Below are positions 41,990-52,543 of a DNA stretch of 64,000 nt, one piece after another. The notes beneath the pieces are model-generated. The model saw only the letters and a program-made list of their open reading frames with translations, was not told the origin of the DNA and made no database searches. Within the stretch, counting starts at the first letter, position 1. Every line of letters begins with the position of its first letter. The DNA is from Vicinamibacterales bacterium (GTDB lineage Bacteria > Acidobacteriota > Vicinamibacteria > Vicinamibacterales > UBA2999): positions 430,250-494,249 of the forward strand of contig JBFWNR010000003.1 in assembly GCA_050250955.1 (NCBI GenBank), written 5' to 3'. The translations under genes were made by a program, and so were the position numbers.

Positions 41990-42200
41990 TATAGAGACCT
42001 GGAGAGGGAAAGAGAAGATAGAAAAGTATACAGGAATGACCGTGGAAAACCAAATCAACCGAGACCGTAAAACCTTCTGTTGCAGTGGTTTAGATTGTTG
42101 AATTTTCTGCGGATCGGCCGGTGTGGTCAGGGCGCAGGCGGCGGTGTCGGCGCCGCCGTCCGCGGCCGTCCACAGGCGTGCGAATGCGGGCTGTGGAAAT
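41990..42200. other. oriC subregion between dnaA and dnaN (probable unwinding element)
   Basis: Purine-rich, AT-rich tract (GAAAGAGAAGATAGAAAAGTATACAGGAA) next to DnaA-box-like CGTGGAAAA (42041-42049); TGTGGAAAT at 42192-42200. Confidence 0.7.
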
Positions 42201-42233
42201 CAGCCGACGCGGTGGCCGGGCCGGCTGAAAGGC

Positions 42234-43562
42234 TCAGCGAAATGCTTCCAGGAAGCTCGTAATCAGGTTGTTGAAATCGCCGTCGTTCTTGCGCAGCTCT
42301 TCGATCTTCTTGATCGAGTGGATCACCGTGGAGTGGTGCTTGCCGCCGAAGGTCTTGCCGATCTCCGGCAATGAGGCATGCGTGAGCATCTTGCAGAGAT
42401 ACATCGCCACCTGGCGCGGCATGGCGACCGACTTGGCGTTGTTGCGCGACTTGAGGTCGCTGATCTTGAGCTGGTAGTAGTCGGCGACGTGCTTCTGGAT
42501 CTGCTCGAGGGTGACCGCGCGTTCGTCGTGGTCGATGACGTTGCGGAGGACCTCCTGGGCGAGTTCGAGCGAGATGGTGCGGCCGGTGAGGGACGCATAG
42601 GCCAGCAGGCGGATCAGCGAACCTTCCAGTTCCCGGATGTTCGACTTGATCTTCGTGGCGATGTACATGGCCACGTTGTCGGGGAGCGGAATCGCCTCGG
42701 TATCGGCCTTTTTCCGCAGGATCGCCACCTTGGTCTCGAGGTTCGGGGGCTGGACGTCGGCAATGAGGCCCCACTCGAATCGCGACCGCAGGCGTTCTTC
42801 GAGGCGGGGAATCTCGTGAGGGGGACGGTCGCTGCTGAGGACGATCTGCTTCTGCGCGTCGTAGAGGGCGTTAAAGGTGTGGAAGAACTCGTTCTGCGTG
42901 CCTTCCTTGCCGGCGACGAACTGGATGTCGTCGACGAGCAGCACGTCCACCGATCGATAGCGCTCGCGGAACTCGAGGATGCGGTCGAAGCGAACGGCGT
43001 TGATCATCTCGTTCATGAAGCGCTCCGACGAGATGTAGGTGAGGCGCAGCGCCGGGGCGTGCTGGACGACGTACTGGCCGATGGCGTGCATCAGATGGGT
43101 CTTGCCGAGGCCGACGCCGCCGTAGATGAAGAGCGGATTGTAGGAGAGCGACGGGGCCTCGGCCACGGCGCGGCAGGCGGCGTGAGCGAACTGGTTCGAG
43201 GGCCCGACGATGAAGGTGTCGAAGGTGTAGCGCGGATTCAACCCCTGCGCCGTCACCGGGGCGGCGGACTCACCGGCCGAGGGGGCGTCGCCGGCCTCCG
43301 GGGGAGGTTCCGGTGCCTCGGCGCCGGTGGCCTGAAACGTCAGGGCGACGTCGGGTCGACCGGACTCGCGGAGCGCCTCCGAGAGGACGACCGCGTAGTG
43401 CTTGGTGAGCCAGTCCTTGAACAGCGGGTTGGGAACGCGGATGGTCAGGGCCTGGCCGTCGTCGGCAACGAACGTCGTCGGCTTGAACCAGGTGTAAAAG
43501 CTGTGCCTGTTGATCTTGGCCTCGATCCTGGCCAGAACCTGATCCCAGACATTTGCAGACAT
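42234..43562 (-). CDS. dnaA: Chromosomal replication initiator DnaA
   Basis: MSANVW...SFYTWF; LNPRYTFDTF, YNPLFIYGGVGLGKTHL, LLVDDIQF, RLRSRFEWG, GGKHHSTVIH. True start is the ATG at 43562, not the track's 44249. Confidence 0.97.
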   Translation of the reverse strand: MSANVWDQVLARIEAKINRHSFYTWFKPTTFVADDGQALTIRVPNPLFKDWLTKHYAVVLSEALRESGRPDVALTFQATGAEAPEPPPEAGDAPSAGESAAPVTAQGLNPRYTFDTFIVGPSNQFAHAACRAVAEAPSLSYNPLFIYGGVGLGKTHLMHAIGQYVVQHAPALRLTYISSERFMNEMINAVRFDRILEFRERYRSVDVLLVDDIQFVAGKEGTQNEFFHTFNALYDAQKQIVLSSDRPPHEIPRLEERLRSRFEWGLIADVQPPNLETKVAILRKKADTEAIPLPDNVAMYIATKIKSNIRELEGSLIRLLAYASLTGRTISLELAQEVLRNVIDHDERAVTLEQIQKHVADYYQLKISDLKSRNNAKSVAMPRQVAMYLCKMLTHASLPEIGKTFGGKHHSTVIHSIKKIEELRKNDGDFNNLITSFLEAFR

Positions 43563-43585
43563 AGTCGCCGAGTTCCAACCCGCGC

Positions 43586-43617
43586 TTTTCCACAGGGTTT
43601 TCCACACCTGTGGAAAA
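43586..43617. promoter_or_regulatory. Cluster of three DnaA boxes upstream of dnaA
   Basis: TTTTCCACA (43586-43594), TTTTCCACA (43598-43606) and inverted TGTGGAAAA (43609-43617); all fit TTWTNCACA. Confidence 0.9.
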
Positions 43618-43775
43618 CCGGGCCATTTTCGGCCGGAAACAGCCTCCCAGCGGTTTCCCGGTCGAGGTGCCGAGTCGCCGACTGTAGCACACGCCCGCGC
43701 TCCCGGTCGGCGTCGGACCGGCGAAATTCCTAGGAAAATCCGCTGTTTGGCGGTCGAACCACTAGGGGTGGTGCG

Positions 43776-43805
43776 TTGACACCCTCCGTGAAGCAGGGCT
43801 ACACT
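43776..43805 (+). promoter_or_regulatory. sigma70-type promoter of the rpmH operon
   Basis: TTGACA-N18-TACACT. Confidence 0.7.
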
Positions 43806-43831
43806 GCGTGGTTTCAGGGACCTCATCGACA

Positions 43832-43987
43832 ATGGCCAAAGGGAAGCGCACGTTCCAACCCAACACCCGCCGCCGGAAGAAGACCCACGGGTTCCGCGTC
43901 CGGATGGCGACCAAGAATGGCCGTCTGGTGCTGAAGCGGCGTCGGGCGAAGGGTCGGAAGCGGCTGACGGTGTCCGACGAAGCCTGA
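43832..43987 (+). CDS. rpmH: 50S ribosomal protein L34 (below the ORF-track size cutoff)
   Basis: Manual translation: [51 protein letters not shown]. Confidence 0.97.
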   Translation: MAKGKRTFQPNTRRRKKTHGFRVRMATKNGRLVLKRRRAKGRKRLTVSDEA

Positions 43988-44004
43988 TCCGTCCAATCCG
44001 GGTC

Positions 44005-44397
44005 ATGCCCCAGACTTTCCCGCCCGACGCCCGGTTGCGGCGCCGGAGCGAGTTCACTGGGGTGTTCGAGAAGGGCGTCAAGCGCCACGGTCGCCTGATG
44101 AGCGTGTGCGTTCGACGGGCCGGCTCCGGCCGAAGCCGGGTCGGAATCGCCGCCAGCCGGAAGGTTGGTGGCGCCGTGCAGCGCAACCTGGTCAAGCGCC
44201 GGGTTCGCGAGATCTTCCGCCGCCTCGTGCTGCCGGCGGGACTGGACATCGTGGTGATGCCGCGACAGGCGATGGTGGCTGCGCCACTGGATGCGTCGCG
44301 ACAGGAATTCGAGGCGCTCGTCCAATCAGCCGCCCGGCATGGCAGATCCGCTCCCCATTCCCAGTCGCCTCGTCCTGACCCTCCTGGCAGGCTATAA
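44005..44397 (+). CDS. rnpA: Ribonuclease P protein component
   Basis: RLRRRSEF, RVGIAASRKVGGAVQRNLVKRRVRE; follows rpmH. Confidence 0.94.
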   Translation: MPQTFPPDARLRRRSEFTGVFEKGVKRHGRLMSVCVRRAGSGRSRVGIAASRKVGGAVQRNLVKRRVREIFRRLVLPAGLDIVVMPRQAMVAAPLDASRQEFEALVQSAARHGRSAPHSQSPRPDPPGRL

Positions 44398-44575
44398 GTA
44401 TTTCATATCCCCTTATTTTTCAGGGACTTGCCGCTATGTCCCGGGCTGTGCCGACTACATGCGCGAGGCCGTAATGCGTCACGGTGTCGTCAAGGGTGGC
44501 TGGTACGGCTTGCGCCGACTGTCCAGGTGCCATCCGCTGGGCGGGGCGGGGCATGACCCGGTACCGCATCGGTAA
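44339..44575 (+). CDS. yidD: Membrane protein insertion efficiency factor
   Basis: YKYFISP, CRYVPGCADY, RLSRCHPLGGAGHDPVP. Confidence 0.9.
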   Translation: MADPLPIPSRLVLTLLAGYKYFISPYFSGTCRYVPGCADYMREAVMRHGVVKGGWYGLRRLSRCHPLGGAGHDPVPHR

Positions 44576-44684
44576 CGTCGACCGACCCAAGCGTGCCTCG
44601 CGCGTTGCACATGACCGACCTCGTCCGTAGCTCGATCCGCGACCTCGCCCACCCCCTGTTCGCCCTGGCGAGGTGGCACTAGCC

Positions 44685-46379
44685 ATGGAACGCCGGGTGC
44701 TGCTGGCCATCAGCCTGTCGTTTCTCGTGCTGTTCCTGTACCAGAGCTTGCTGCCTCCGCCTCCGGAGCCAGCGCCCAACACTGCCAGCTCGACGACAAC
44801 GGCCGGGGCCGCGGCGCCGACGGGACCTGCTGCTGCGGCCGGAGTGTCGCCCGCCCCGCCTGCCACCGCGCCCGCCCCTGCCGTCGTCTCCGTGCAAGGG
44901 GACGAACGCGAGCGGGAGTTTACGGTGACCACCGCCGACGTTGAGGCCGTGTTCACCAATCGGGGTGGACGGCTTCGCCACTGGCGCCTGAAGCATTACC
45001 GCGACGCCGCCGGTGCCCTCGTGGACCTGGTGCCGAGCGATGGGCCGGTCCTCCCGTTCTCGCTGTCGACGGCTGACGCCGCCGTGACCGCCCGTCTGAA
45101 CGATGCGCTCTATGCGGTGGACCACATGGCCCCCGAGCGCATCGACGCCAGTGCGACACCGGCAGTGCTGGCCTTCGTCTACGAGGGCGCCGATGGTCTG
45201 CGGGCCCGGAAGGAGTTCCGCTTCGAGCCGGCCGGGTACACGGTGACCTTCACGCCGCGGGTGACGCGGGCGGGAGCGGTGGTGAACGCCGGCCTGCTGT
45301 GGGGGCCCGGGCTCGGCGACGAGATCGCCCGCAGCGCCGGTTCCGGCGGGATGTTCTCCGGCAACTACGTGTATCCGGCCGAAGGGTTCGTCTACCGCGA
45401 CGGTGAGGTCACCCGCTACGCGGGGGCGGCCGCCGCGACCGCCGGGCAGCAGGCCGGTGCGTTCCGCTTCCTCGGCATCGATGACCACTACTTCGTCGCG
45501 GCGCTCGTCGATCCGCCGGGCGCCCAGCGGGTCGACTTCGCCCACCTGCCGCTGCCCGATCAGACCAACCCCACCGCCGTCCGGCAGCTGGTGTCGTTCG
45601 GCGCCAGCTTCGACACGCCACCCGAGTCGCTGCGTATCTTCGCCGGCCCGAAGCAGTTCGAAGCCCTGCGCGCGGTCGATCCCGAGTTCACCAAGGTGAT
45701 CAATTTCGGCATGTTCGCCGTGCTGGCGGTGCCGCTGCTCGGCGCGCTGCAGTGGGTGCACGGCTTCGTCGGCAACTACGGCTGGGCGATCGTCATCCTG
45801 ACCATCCTGATCAACCTGGTGATGTGGCCGCTGCGCCACAAGAGCGTCGTCTCGATGCGGCGGATGCAGGAGCTCCAGCCGCAGCTCAAGGCCATCCAGG
45901 ATCGCTACTCGCACCTGAAGATGACCGATCCAGCGCGGCAGAAGATGAACGAAGAGGTGATGGCGCTCTACAAGCAGAAGGGCGTCAACCCGGCCAGCGG
46001 CTGCGTGCCGATGCTGCTGACTCTGCCCGTGCTGTTCGCGTTCTACTCGCTGCTGTCGCAGGCGATCGAGATCCGCGGCGCGCCGTTCGCCGGCTGGATC
46101 ACCGACCTGTCGCAGCACGATCCGTGGTACATCACGCCCCTGCTGATGGGGGTGACCATGCTGTGGCAGCAGCGCCTGCAGCCCGGCACCGGCGATCCCG
46201 TGCAGCAGAAGGTGCTCATGTTCATGCCCGTGATGTTCACATTGATGTTCCTGTGGGCGCCGAGCGGGCTCGTAATCTACTGGTTCGTGAGCCAGCTCTG
46301 GGCGATCGGACAGCAGTACTTCACCAACTGGCTGATCGGCCCGGCCAAGGTGCCGGCGCCCGCGGGAGGCAAGCGATGA
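44685..46379 (+). CDS. yidC: Membrane protein insertase YidC
   Basis: MERRVLLAISLS, GNYGWAIVILT, GVNPASGCVP, PSGLVIYW. Confidence 0.96.
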   Translation: MERRVLLAISLSFLVLFLYQSLLPPPPEPAPNTASSTTTAGAAAPTGPAAAAGVSPAPPATAPAPAVVSVQGDEREREFTVTTADVEAVFTNRGGRLRHWRLKHYRDAAGALVDLVPSDGPVLPFSLSTADAAVTARLNDALYAVDHMAPERIDASATPAVLAFVYEGADGLRARKEFRFEPAGYTVTFTPRVTRAGAVVNAGLLWGPGLGDEIARSAGSGGMFSGNYVYPAEGFVYRDGEVTRYAGAAAATAGQQAGAFRFLGIDDHYFVAALVDPPGAQRVDFAHLPLPDQTNPTAVRQLVSFGASFDTPPESLRIFAGPKQFEALRAVDPEFTKVINFGMFAVLAVPLLGALQWVHGFVGNYGWAIVILTILINLVMWPLRHKSVVSMRRMQELQPQLKAIQDRYSHLKMTDPARQKMNEEVMALYKQKGVNPASGCVPMLLTLPVLFAFYSLLSQAIEIRGAPFAGWITDLSQHDPWYITPLLMGVTMLWQQRLQPGTGDPVQQKVLMFMPVMFTLMFLWAPSGLVIYWFVSQLWAIGQQYFTNWLIGPAKVPAPAGGKR

Positions 46380-46819
46380 ACACGGCTCCGATTGTCGACT
46401 TCGTCCAGCGCGTGGTGGATGCAATGGACCTGGACCTCACCGCGTCGGCCGAAGAAGAAGCCGACGGCATCCGCATCAACCTCGACGGCGAAGACGGCTC
46501 GGTGTTCACGCGTCGCCAGGGTGAGGCCCTGCAGGCGCTGCAGCAGATCGTCGGCGCGGCGTTCCGCGGCGACCGCCACGACGAGCGCCGGCTGGTCGTG
46601 GACTGCAACGGCTACCGACGCGACAAGGACACCGAACTGCACCAGATGGCCGCCTTCCTGGCCGAGAAGGCCAAGTCGACCGGGCTGGCGCAGGAGATCG
46701 GCCCGCTCAACCCCTACGAGCGGCGCATCGTGCACATGGCCGTGTCGGCCATCGAGTCGGTGACGTCCGAAAGCATCGGCGACGCGTTCGAGAAGACCGT
46801 CATCATCTCGGTGAAGTAG
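46376..46819 (+). CDS. jag: Jag/KhpB-like RNA-binding protein, short KH+R3H form
   Basis: GEALQALQ, VDCNGYRR, PLNPYERRIVH; position after yidC. Confidence 0.88.
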   Translation: MNTAPIVDFVQRVVDAMDLDLTASAEEEADGIRINLDGEDGSVFTRRQGEALQALQQIVGAAFRGDRHDERRLVVDCNGYRRDKDTELHQMAAFLAEKAKSTGLAQEIGPLNPYERRIVHMAVSAIESVTSESIGDAFEKTVIISVK

Positions 46820-46862
46820 GCGCGCCGCGACGACGGCGCCGACGAGGGGGCGGGCGGCACGC

Positions 46863-48206
46863 GTGTTCTCCACCGACGACACGATCGTGGCGGTGGCGAC
46901 CCCGGCGGGGCGGGGCGGGGTGGCGATGGCGCGCCTGAGCGGCCCGGCGGCGGTCTCCATCGCCCTCGGGATGGCCGGGCGCGCGGCGCCGCTCGAGCCT
47001 CGCCGGGCCACCCGGGTGCGCCTGCGGCAGCTCGACGTGCCGGACGACGCGTTGATGACCTACTTCCCGGCGCCGGCGTCCTACACCGGTGAGGACGTGG
47101 TCGAGATCAGCGCCCACGGCAGCCCGGTGATCATGGCGGCCATCGTCGCCGCCGCCACCACGGCGGGAGCGCGGGCGGCGCGCCCGGGCGAGTTCACGCT
47201 GCGGGCGTTCCTTCACGACAAGCTCGACCTGGTCCAGGCCGAGGCGGTGCAGGCGCTCGTCGACGCCGTCTCGCCGGCTCAGGCACAGGTGGCGACGTCG
47301 CATCTCGACGGCGGGCTCTCGCGGGTGGTCACCCGCATCGCCCGGGCCCTGGACGAGCTGCGGCTTCGACTCGAAGCGTCGATCGACTTCCCTGACGAGG
47401 GGTATCACTTCATCGACGCCGGCGGGGCCGCCGCGGCACTGCGCAGCGTGCACGAGGAGCTCGAGCGGCTGTGCCGGGGCGAGGGTGCGGCGCGGCGGTT
47501 GCGCGACGGCCATCTCGTCGTCGTCGCCGGGGCGCCCAACGTCGGCAAGTCGAGCCTGTTCAATGCGGTGGTCGGCACCGATCGGGCGATCGTGACGCCG
47601 GTGGCCGGGACGACGCGCGACCTGGTCAGCGAGCACCTGCTGTTGGGGGGCGCGCACGTTCGCCTCGTGGACAGCGCGGGTCTGCGCGGGGCCGACGACG
47701 ACGTCGAGCGCCAGGGGATTGCGCGGGCGATGGCGGCGATCGCGGAAGCCGACCTGGTGGTGGTGGTGCTCGATCGCTCGCGGGCCCGCGACGCGGACGA
47801 TCGACTGGTGCTGGAGCACGTGGCGGATCGGCCGCGGGTGGTGGTGGCGAACAAGTCCGACCTGCCGGCGGTCGATGACGGCGCCGATGTCGACGCGGCG
47901 ATCTCGGCCCGGACCGGCGCCGGTGTGGACGAACTGGTGTCGATGCTGGCGACACGCCTCACGGCCCTGCAGCCTCCGGACGACGTGCTGGTCGTCAACA
48001 GCCGGCAGCGCGCCCTGCTGGCGATGGCGCGCGACCGGCTGGCCGAGGCGTGCGCCGAGATCGATGCCGCCGGCGGACGGTTGCCGGAGGAGTTTCTCGC
48101 CGCCGACATCTCGCGGGCGCAGGACGCGTTGGAGGAGCTCATCGGCCGGCGAACGTCCGAGGACCTGCTGGCGGAGATCTTCGATCGGTTCTGCATCGGG
48201 AAGTAG
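46863..48206 (+). CDS. mnmE: tRNA modification GTPase MnmE
   Basis: DTIVAVATP, SYTGEDVVE, GAPNVGKSS, AGTTRD, NKSD, FCIGK. Confidence 0.96.
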   Translation: MFSTDDTIVAVATPAGRGGVAMARLSGPAAVSIALGMAGRAAPLEPRRATRVRLRQLDVPDDALMTYFPAPASYTGEDVVEISAHGSPVIMAAIVAAATTAGARAARPGEFTLRAFLHDKLDLVQAEAVQALVDAVSPAQAQVATSHLDGGLSRVVTRIARALDELRLRLEASIDFPDEGYHFIDAGGAAAALRSVHEELERLCRGEGAARRLRDGHLVVVAGAPNVGKSSLFNAVVGTDRAIVTPVAGTTRDLVSEHLLLGGAHVRLVDSAGLRGADDDVERQGIARAMAAIAEADLVVVVLDRSRARDADDRLVLEHVADRPRVVVANKSDLPAVDDGADVDAAISARTGAGVDELVSMLATRLTALQPPDDVLVVNSRQRALLAMARDRLAEACAEIDAAGGRLPEEFLAADISRAQDALEELIGRRTSEDLLAEIFDRFCIGK

Positions 48207-48237
48207 AATCTCTAATTGATATTAACTACATAAAACG

Positions 48238-50094
48238 ATGACTAAAATAGATGTAGTCGTCGTCGGCGGTGGACATGCGGGTTGTGAGGCAGCGTGGGCG
48301 GCGGCTCAACTCGGTTGTGCCGTCGCACTCTGCACGCTGACGCGAGACGGCATCGCGACCATGCCGTGCAATCCCGCTGTCGGCGGAACGGCAAAGGGGC
48401 AGCTCGTCAGAGAAATCGACGCGTTGGGCGGGTTGATGGGGCGAGCCATCGACGCCACCGGCATACAGTTCAAGGTCCTCAATCGGAGCCGCGGCCCGGC
48501 GGTCTGGGCGCCGCGCGCCCAGGCAGACAAGGCCCGCTACGCGGCGTGGGTTCGGGCCCAACTGCTGGGCCACGAGGGGATCACAGTGGTCGAGGGTCAC
48601 GTCGCGGCGCTGTGTCTGAAGGGACCCTCTGTGACTGGCGTCGAACTGCTCGACGGGCGGCGGCTCCAGGCGCCCGCCGTGGTCATTACGACCGGGACTT
48701 TCTTGAACGGCCTCATCCACGTCGGCGACGCCACTCGTCCAGCGGGACGAGTTGACGAGGCTCCGGCCGTCCGACTCGGCGAGCAACTCCGTAGCCTGGG
48801 CTTGCGCTGGGGCCGACTGAAGACAGGTACGCCTCCGCGGCTGTCGGCGGCGTCGATCGATTTCGCGCGCGCGGTCTCTTCGGGGCTGTTCCACGTGGAA
48901 CACGGCGACTCCGAGCCGACGCCGTTGTCTTTCATGACCCGTGGCCCCCTGGCCAACGCCGTCTCCTGCTGGCAGGTTCACACGAACGGCGCCGTGCACG
49001 CGGCGGTTCGACGGAACATCGAGCGATCGCCGCTGTACAACGGCGCCATCTCCGGTATCGGTCCGCGCTACTGTCCGTCGCTGGAAGACAAGGTGATGCG
49101 GTTCCCCGACCGGGAGCGCCACCTCGTCCATCTCGAACCAGAGGGTGTGGGCGCCGACGAAATCTACGTCAACGGGTTCTCGATGAGCCTTCCGGCAGAC
49201 GTACAACGCGAGGTGGTGGCCGCACTTCCCGGTCTCGAGCACGCCACCATGCTCAGGCCCGGTTACGCGGTCGAATACGACTTCATCCAGCCGACCGAGC
49301 TCTTGGCGACGCTTGAATCCAGACGCTTCGCCGGGCTCTACCTGGCCGGGCAGATCAACGGGACATCCGGTTACGAGGAAGCGGCAGCGCAGGGCCTGCT
49401 GGCTGGCGTCAACGCGGCCCGGCGGGCCCGGCGCCTCGAAGGTGTGTCTGTGTCCAGACAGGACGGGTATCTGGGCGTCATGGTCGACGATCTGGTGACT
49501 CGAGGCTGTCTCGAGCCCTATCGTCTGTTCACCTCGAGGGCCGAGCACCGCCTCCAGCTTCGCGCCGACAACGCCGATCTCAGGCTCACTCCGCTGGGAC
49601 GTTCGCTGGGACTCGTGGACGACGAGCGGTGGGATACGTTCTGCGACCGCCGCGATCGACTGGAGCGGAATCGGCAGCTGCTCGACCTTCACAGCTTCGT
49701 GCTCGCTGGTGGCGGGCGAGTCTCGGCGCGCCAGGCACTGCGGCACCCGGCGGTTCAGCCGGCGGCGCTCGTCGCCGCTGGTGTGCCGCTGGACGGCTCG
49801 ATGGATCCGCCAGGTGAGGCACTCCGTACGCTCGACACCGAGGTGCGGTTCGAAGGCTATCTGCGTCGGGAACGGGCCGAAATGCTGAGGACGAGGCGCG
49901 CCGACGGCCAGAAGATCCCCGACGATTTCCACTATCGCGGCCTGCCCGGCCTGTCGGCGGAGGTCGTGCAGCGCCTCGAGGAGGCGAAGCCTGCCACCGT
50001 TGGCCAGGCCTCACGAGTTCCTGGCGTGACTCCGGCCGCGACCGCGCTGCTTTCCGCTCATCTGGTTCGGGCCGCAACATCGGCGCAGCGGTAA
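48238..50094 (+). CDS. mnmG: tRNA uridine-5-carboxymethylaminomethyl modification enzyme MnmG
   Basis: [45 protein letters not shown]. Confidence 0.97.
   Translation: MTKIDVVVVGGGHAGCEAAWAAAQLGCAVALCTLTRDGIATMPCNPAVGGTAKGQLVREIDALGGLMGRAIDATGIQFKVLNRSRGPAVWAPRAQADKARYAAWVRAQLLGHEGITVVEGHVAALCLKGPSVTGVELLDGRRLQAPAVVITTGTFLNGLIHVGDATRPAGRVDEAPAVRLGEQLRSLGLRWGRLKTGTPPRLSAASIDFARAVSSGLFHVEHGDSEPTPLSFMTRGPLANAVSCWQVHTNGAVHAAVRRNIERSPLYNGAISGIGPRYCPSLEDKVMRFPDRERHLVHLEPEGVGADEIYVNGFSMSLPADVQREVVAALPGLEHATMLRPGYAVEYDFIQPTELLATLESRRFAGLYLAGQINGTSGYEEAAAQGLLAGVNAARRARRLEGVSVSRQDGYLGVMVDDLVTRGCLEPYRLFTSRAEHRLQLRADNADLRLTPLGRSLGLVDDERWDTFCDRRDRLERNRQLLDLHSFVLAGGGRVSARQALRHPAVQPAALVAAGVPLDGSMDPPGEALRTLDTEVRFEGYLRRERAEMLRTRRADGQKIPDDFHYRGLPGLSAEVVQRLEEAKPATVGQASRVPGVTPAATALLSAHLVRAATSAQR
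48887..48902. promoter_or_regulatory. parS centromere site (perfect palindrome, inside mnmG)
   Basis: TGTTCCACGTGGAACA. Confidence 0.93.
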
Positions 50095-50103
50095 TATCCG
50101 CGC

Positions 50104-50760
50104 GTGAGCGCCAGGAAGCTGCGGGACCGCATCCTGCGTCGGGCGAAGGCGGCCGGCGCCGAGCCATCGACCGAGCTGGTCGACGGATTGGTCGGGTACT
50201 ACTCCGAACTGGCGAAGTGGAACGCGAAGGTCAATCTCACGGCCTTCTCGCTCGACCGCGAGGGCTCGGATCCCTCGGTGGACCGGCTGCTGATCGAGCC
50301 TCTGCTGGCGTCCAGACACCTGACCGACGGTGTCGAGTCCCTGATCGACGTGGGGTCTGGCGGCGGATCGCCTGCGATCCCGCTCAAGCTCGCCTGTCCG
50401 GAGTTGGCCCTCCACATGGTGGAAGCCAAGGTGAGGAAGTCCGTCTTCCTGCGTCAAGTCAGCCGAAGCCTTGGGCTGGCCAACACGACCGTGTATACGG
50501 CTCGATTCGAAGAGCTCCTCATCAGGTCCGACCTGCATGAAGGGATGGGAGCGGTCTCCATCCGAGCGGTGCGCCTCGATTCAAAGGTGCTGATGACGCT
50601 GCAGGCGTTTCTGCGCCCTGGCGGCGTCGTGATGCATTTCACAACCGGCGCCAGCCACCACGCACCGCCTCCTCCGCTCGTCGAATCAGGCTCCTTCGAC
50701 CTGATCCCGGCCAATCGCAGCCGCCTCGTGTTGTTCCGTAAGGAACTCATCGGCCGCTGA
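50104..50760 (+). CDS. rsmG: 16S rRNA m7G527 methyltransferase
   Basis: WNAKVNLTA, IDVGSGGGSPAIPL; position after mnmG. Confidence 0.93.
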   Translation: MSARKLRDRILRRAKAAGAEPSTELVDGLVGYYSELAKWNAKVNLTAFSLDREGSDPSVDRLLIEPLLASRHLTDGVESLIDVGSGGGSPAIPLKLACPELALHMVEAKVRKSVFLRQVSRSLGLANTTVYTARFEELLIRSDLHEGMGAVSIRAVRLDSKVLMTLQAFLRPGGVVMHFTTGASHHAPPPPLVESGSFDLIPANRSRLVLFRKELIGR

Positions 50761-50763
50761 GCA

Positions 50764-50779
50764 TGTTCCACGTGACACG
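50764..50779. promoter_or_regulatory. Degenerate parS upstream of parA
   Basis: TGTTCCACGTGACACG; two mismatches to TGTTNCACGTGAAACA. Confidence 0.6.
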
Positions 50780-50854
50780 TTTCCCGTTGACGAAGCACGC
50801 CAACACGGGTACTCTCCGGAAGCCGAACCATATTATTTGGTCAAACAACAGAAT

Positions 50855-51643
<789 letters not shown>

Positions 51644-51658
51644 CGCGGAGCCCCTGCC

Positions 51659-52543
51659 ATGGAGAAACGACCAGCACTCGGCAAGGGCCTGAGCGCCCTC
51701 ATCCCCGACGCGCCGGTGGCCGCGCCCACGCGCGCGCCGCTCGAACTGGACGTCGATCAGATCGAGCCAGGCGAGTTTCAGCCCCGGCTGCACCTCGACG
51801 ATGCGCGTCTCGACGGTCTGGCGGCGTCGATCCGTGCCAACGGCGTCGTCCAGCCGGTGGTGGTGCGCCGCGTTGGCGCCGACCGCTATCAGATCATCGC
51901 CGGCGAACGCCGCTGGCGGGCTGCCCAGCGCGCCGGACTGACCCGCCTGCCGGTGGTCGTCAAGGAGGTGCCGCCCGGGCAGGAGGGTCGCCTGCTCGAG
52001 TGGGCGCTCATCGAGAACCTGCAGCGCGAGGATCTCAATCCGATCGAAGAGGCCACCGCCTACCAGCGGTTGGCGACCGAGTTCCAGCTGTCGCACGAGG
52101 ACATCGCCGCGCGCGTCGGCAAGGACCGGACGACCATCACCAACACCGTGCGGCTGCTGAGGCTCGCGCCGGAGGTCCGTGCCGACGTCTCGGCCAACGC
52201 CCTGACGATGGGCCACGCGCGGGCGCTGGTGTCGCTGCCCACCGACGGCGACCAGCGACGCATCGCCCGTGAAGTGATCGCCCGCGGGCTCTCGGTCCGC
52301 GAGACCGAAGCCCTCGTCAAGCGCGCCTTGGCGCCGCCGGCCGGCCGGGCGACGCCGGCGACCAAGGCCAAGGACGCCGACACCCGCGCCGCCGAGGAGA
52401 CGCTGCACCGCGCGCTGGGCGCGCCGGTGGAGATCGTCCGCCGCGGCCGCGGCGGCCATCTCACGATCGGATTCGCCTCGGAGGCCGAACTGCAGCGCCT
52501 CTACGACCTGCTCACCGAGCAGCGCCTGAGTACGCACGGGTGA
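51659..52543 (+). CDS. parB: Chromosome partitioning protein ParB
   Basis: LGKGLSALI, IIAGERRWRA, ENLQREDLNPIEEA, HTH region. Confidence 0.97.
   Translation: MEKRPALGKGLSALIPDAPVAAPTRAPLELDVDQIEPGEFQPRLHLDDARLDGLAASIRANGVVQPVVVRRVGADRYQIIAGERRWRAAQRAGLTRLPVVVKEVPPGQEGRLLEWALIENLQREDLNPIEEATAYQRLATEFQLSHEDIAARVGKDRTTITNTVRLLRLAPEVRADVSANALTMGHARALVSLPTDGDQRRIAREVIARGLSVRETEALVKRALAPPAGRATPATKAKDADTRAAEETLHRALGAPVEIVRRGRGGHLTIGFASEAELQRLYDLLTEQRLSTHG

Noticed and set aside
43563-44249. 228-aa N-terminal extension of DnaA in the ORF track
   Set aside because: Runs antisense through rpmH/rnpA and the DnaA-box cluster; DnaA homology starts at MSANVW.
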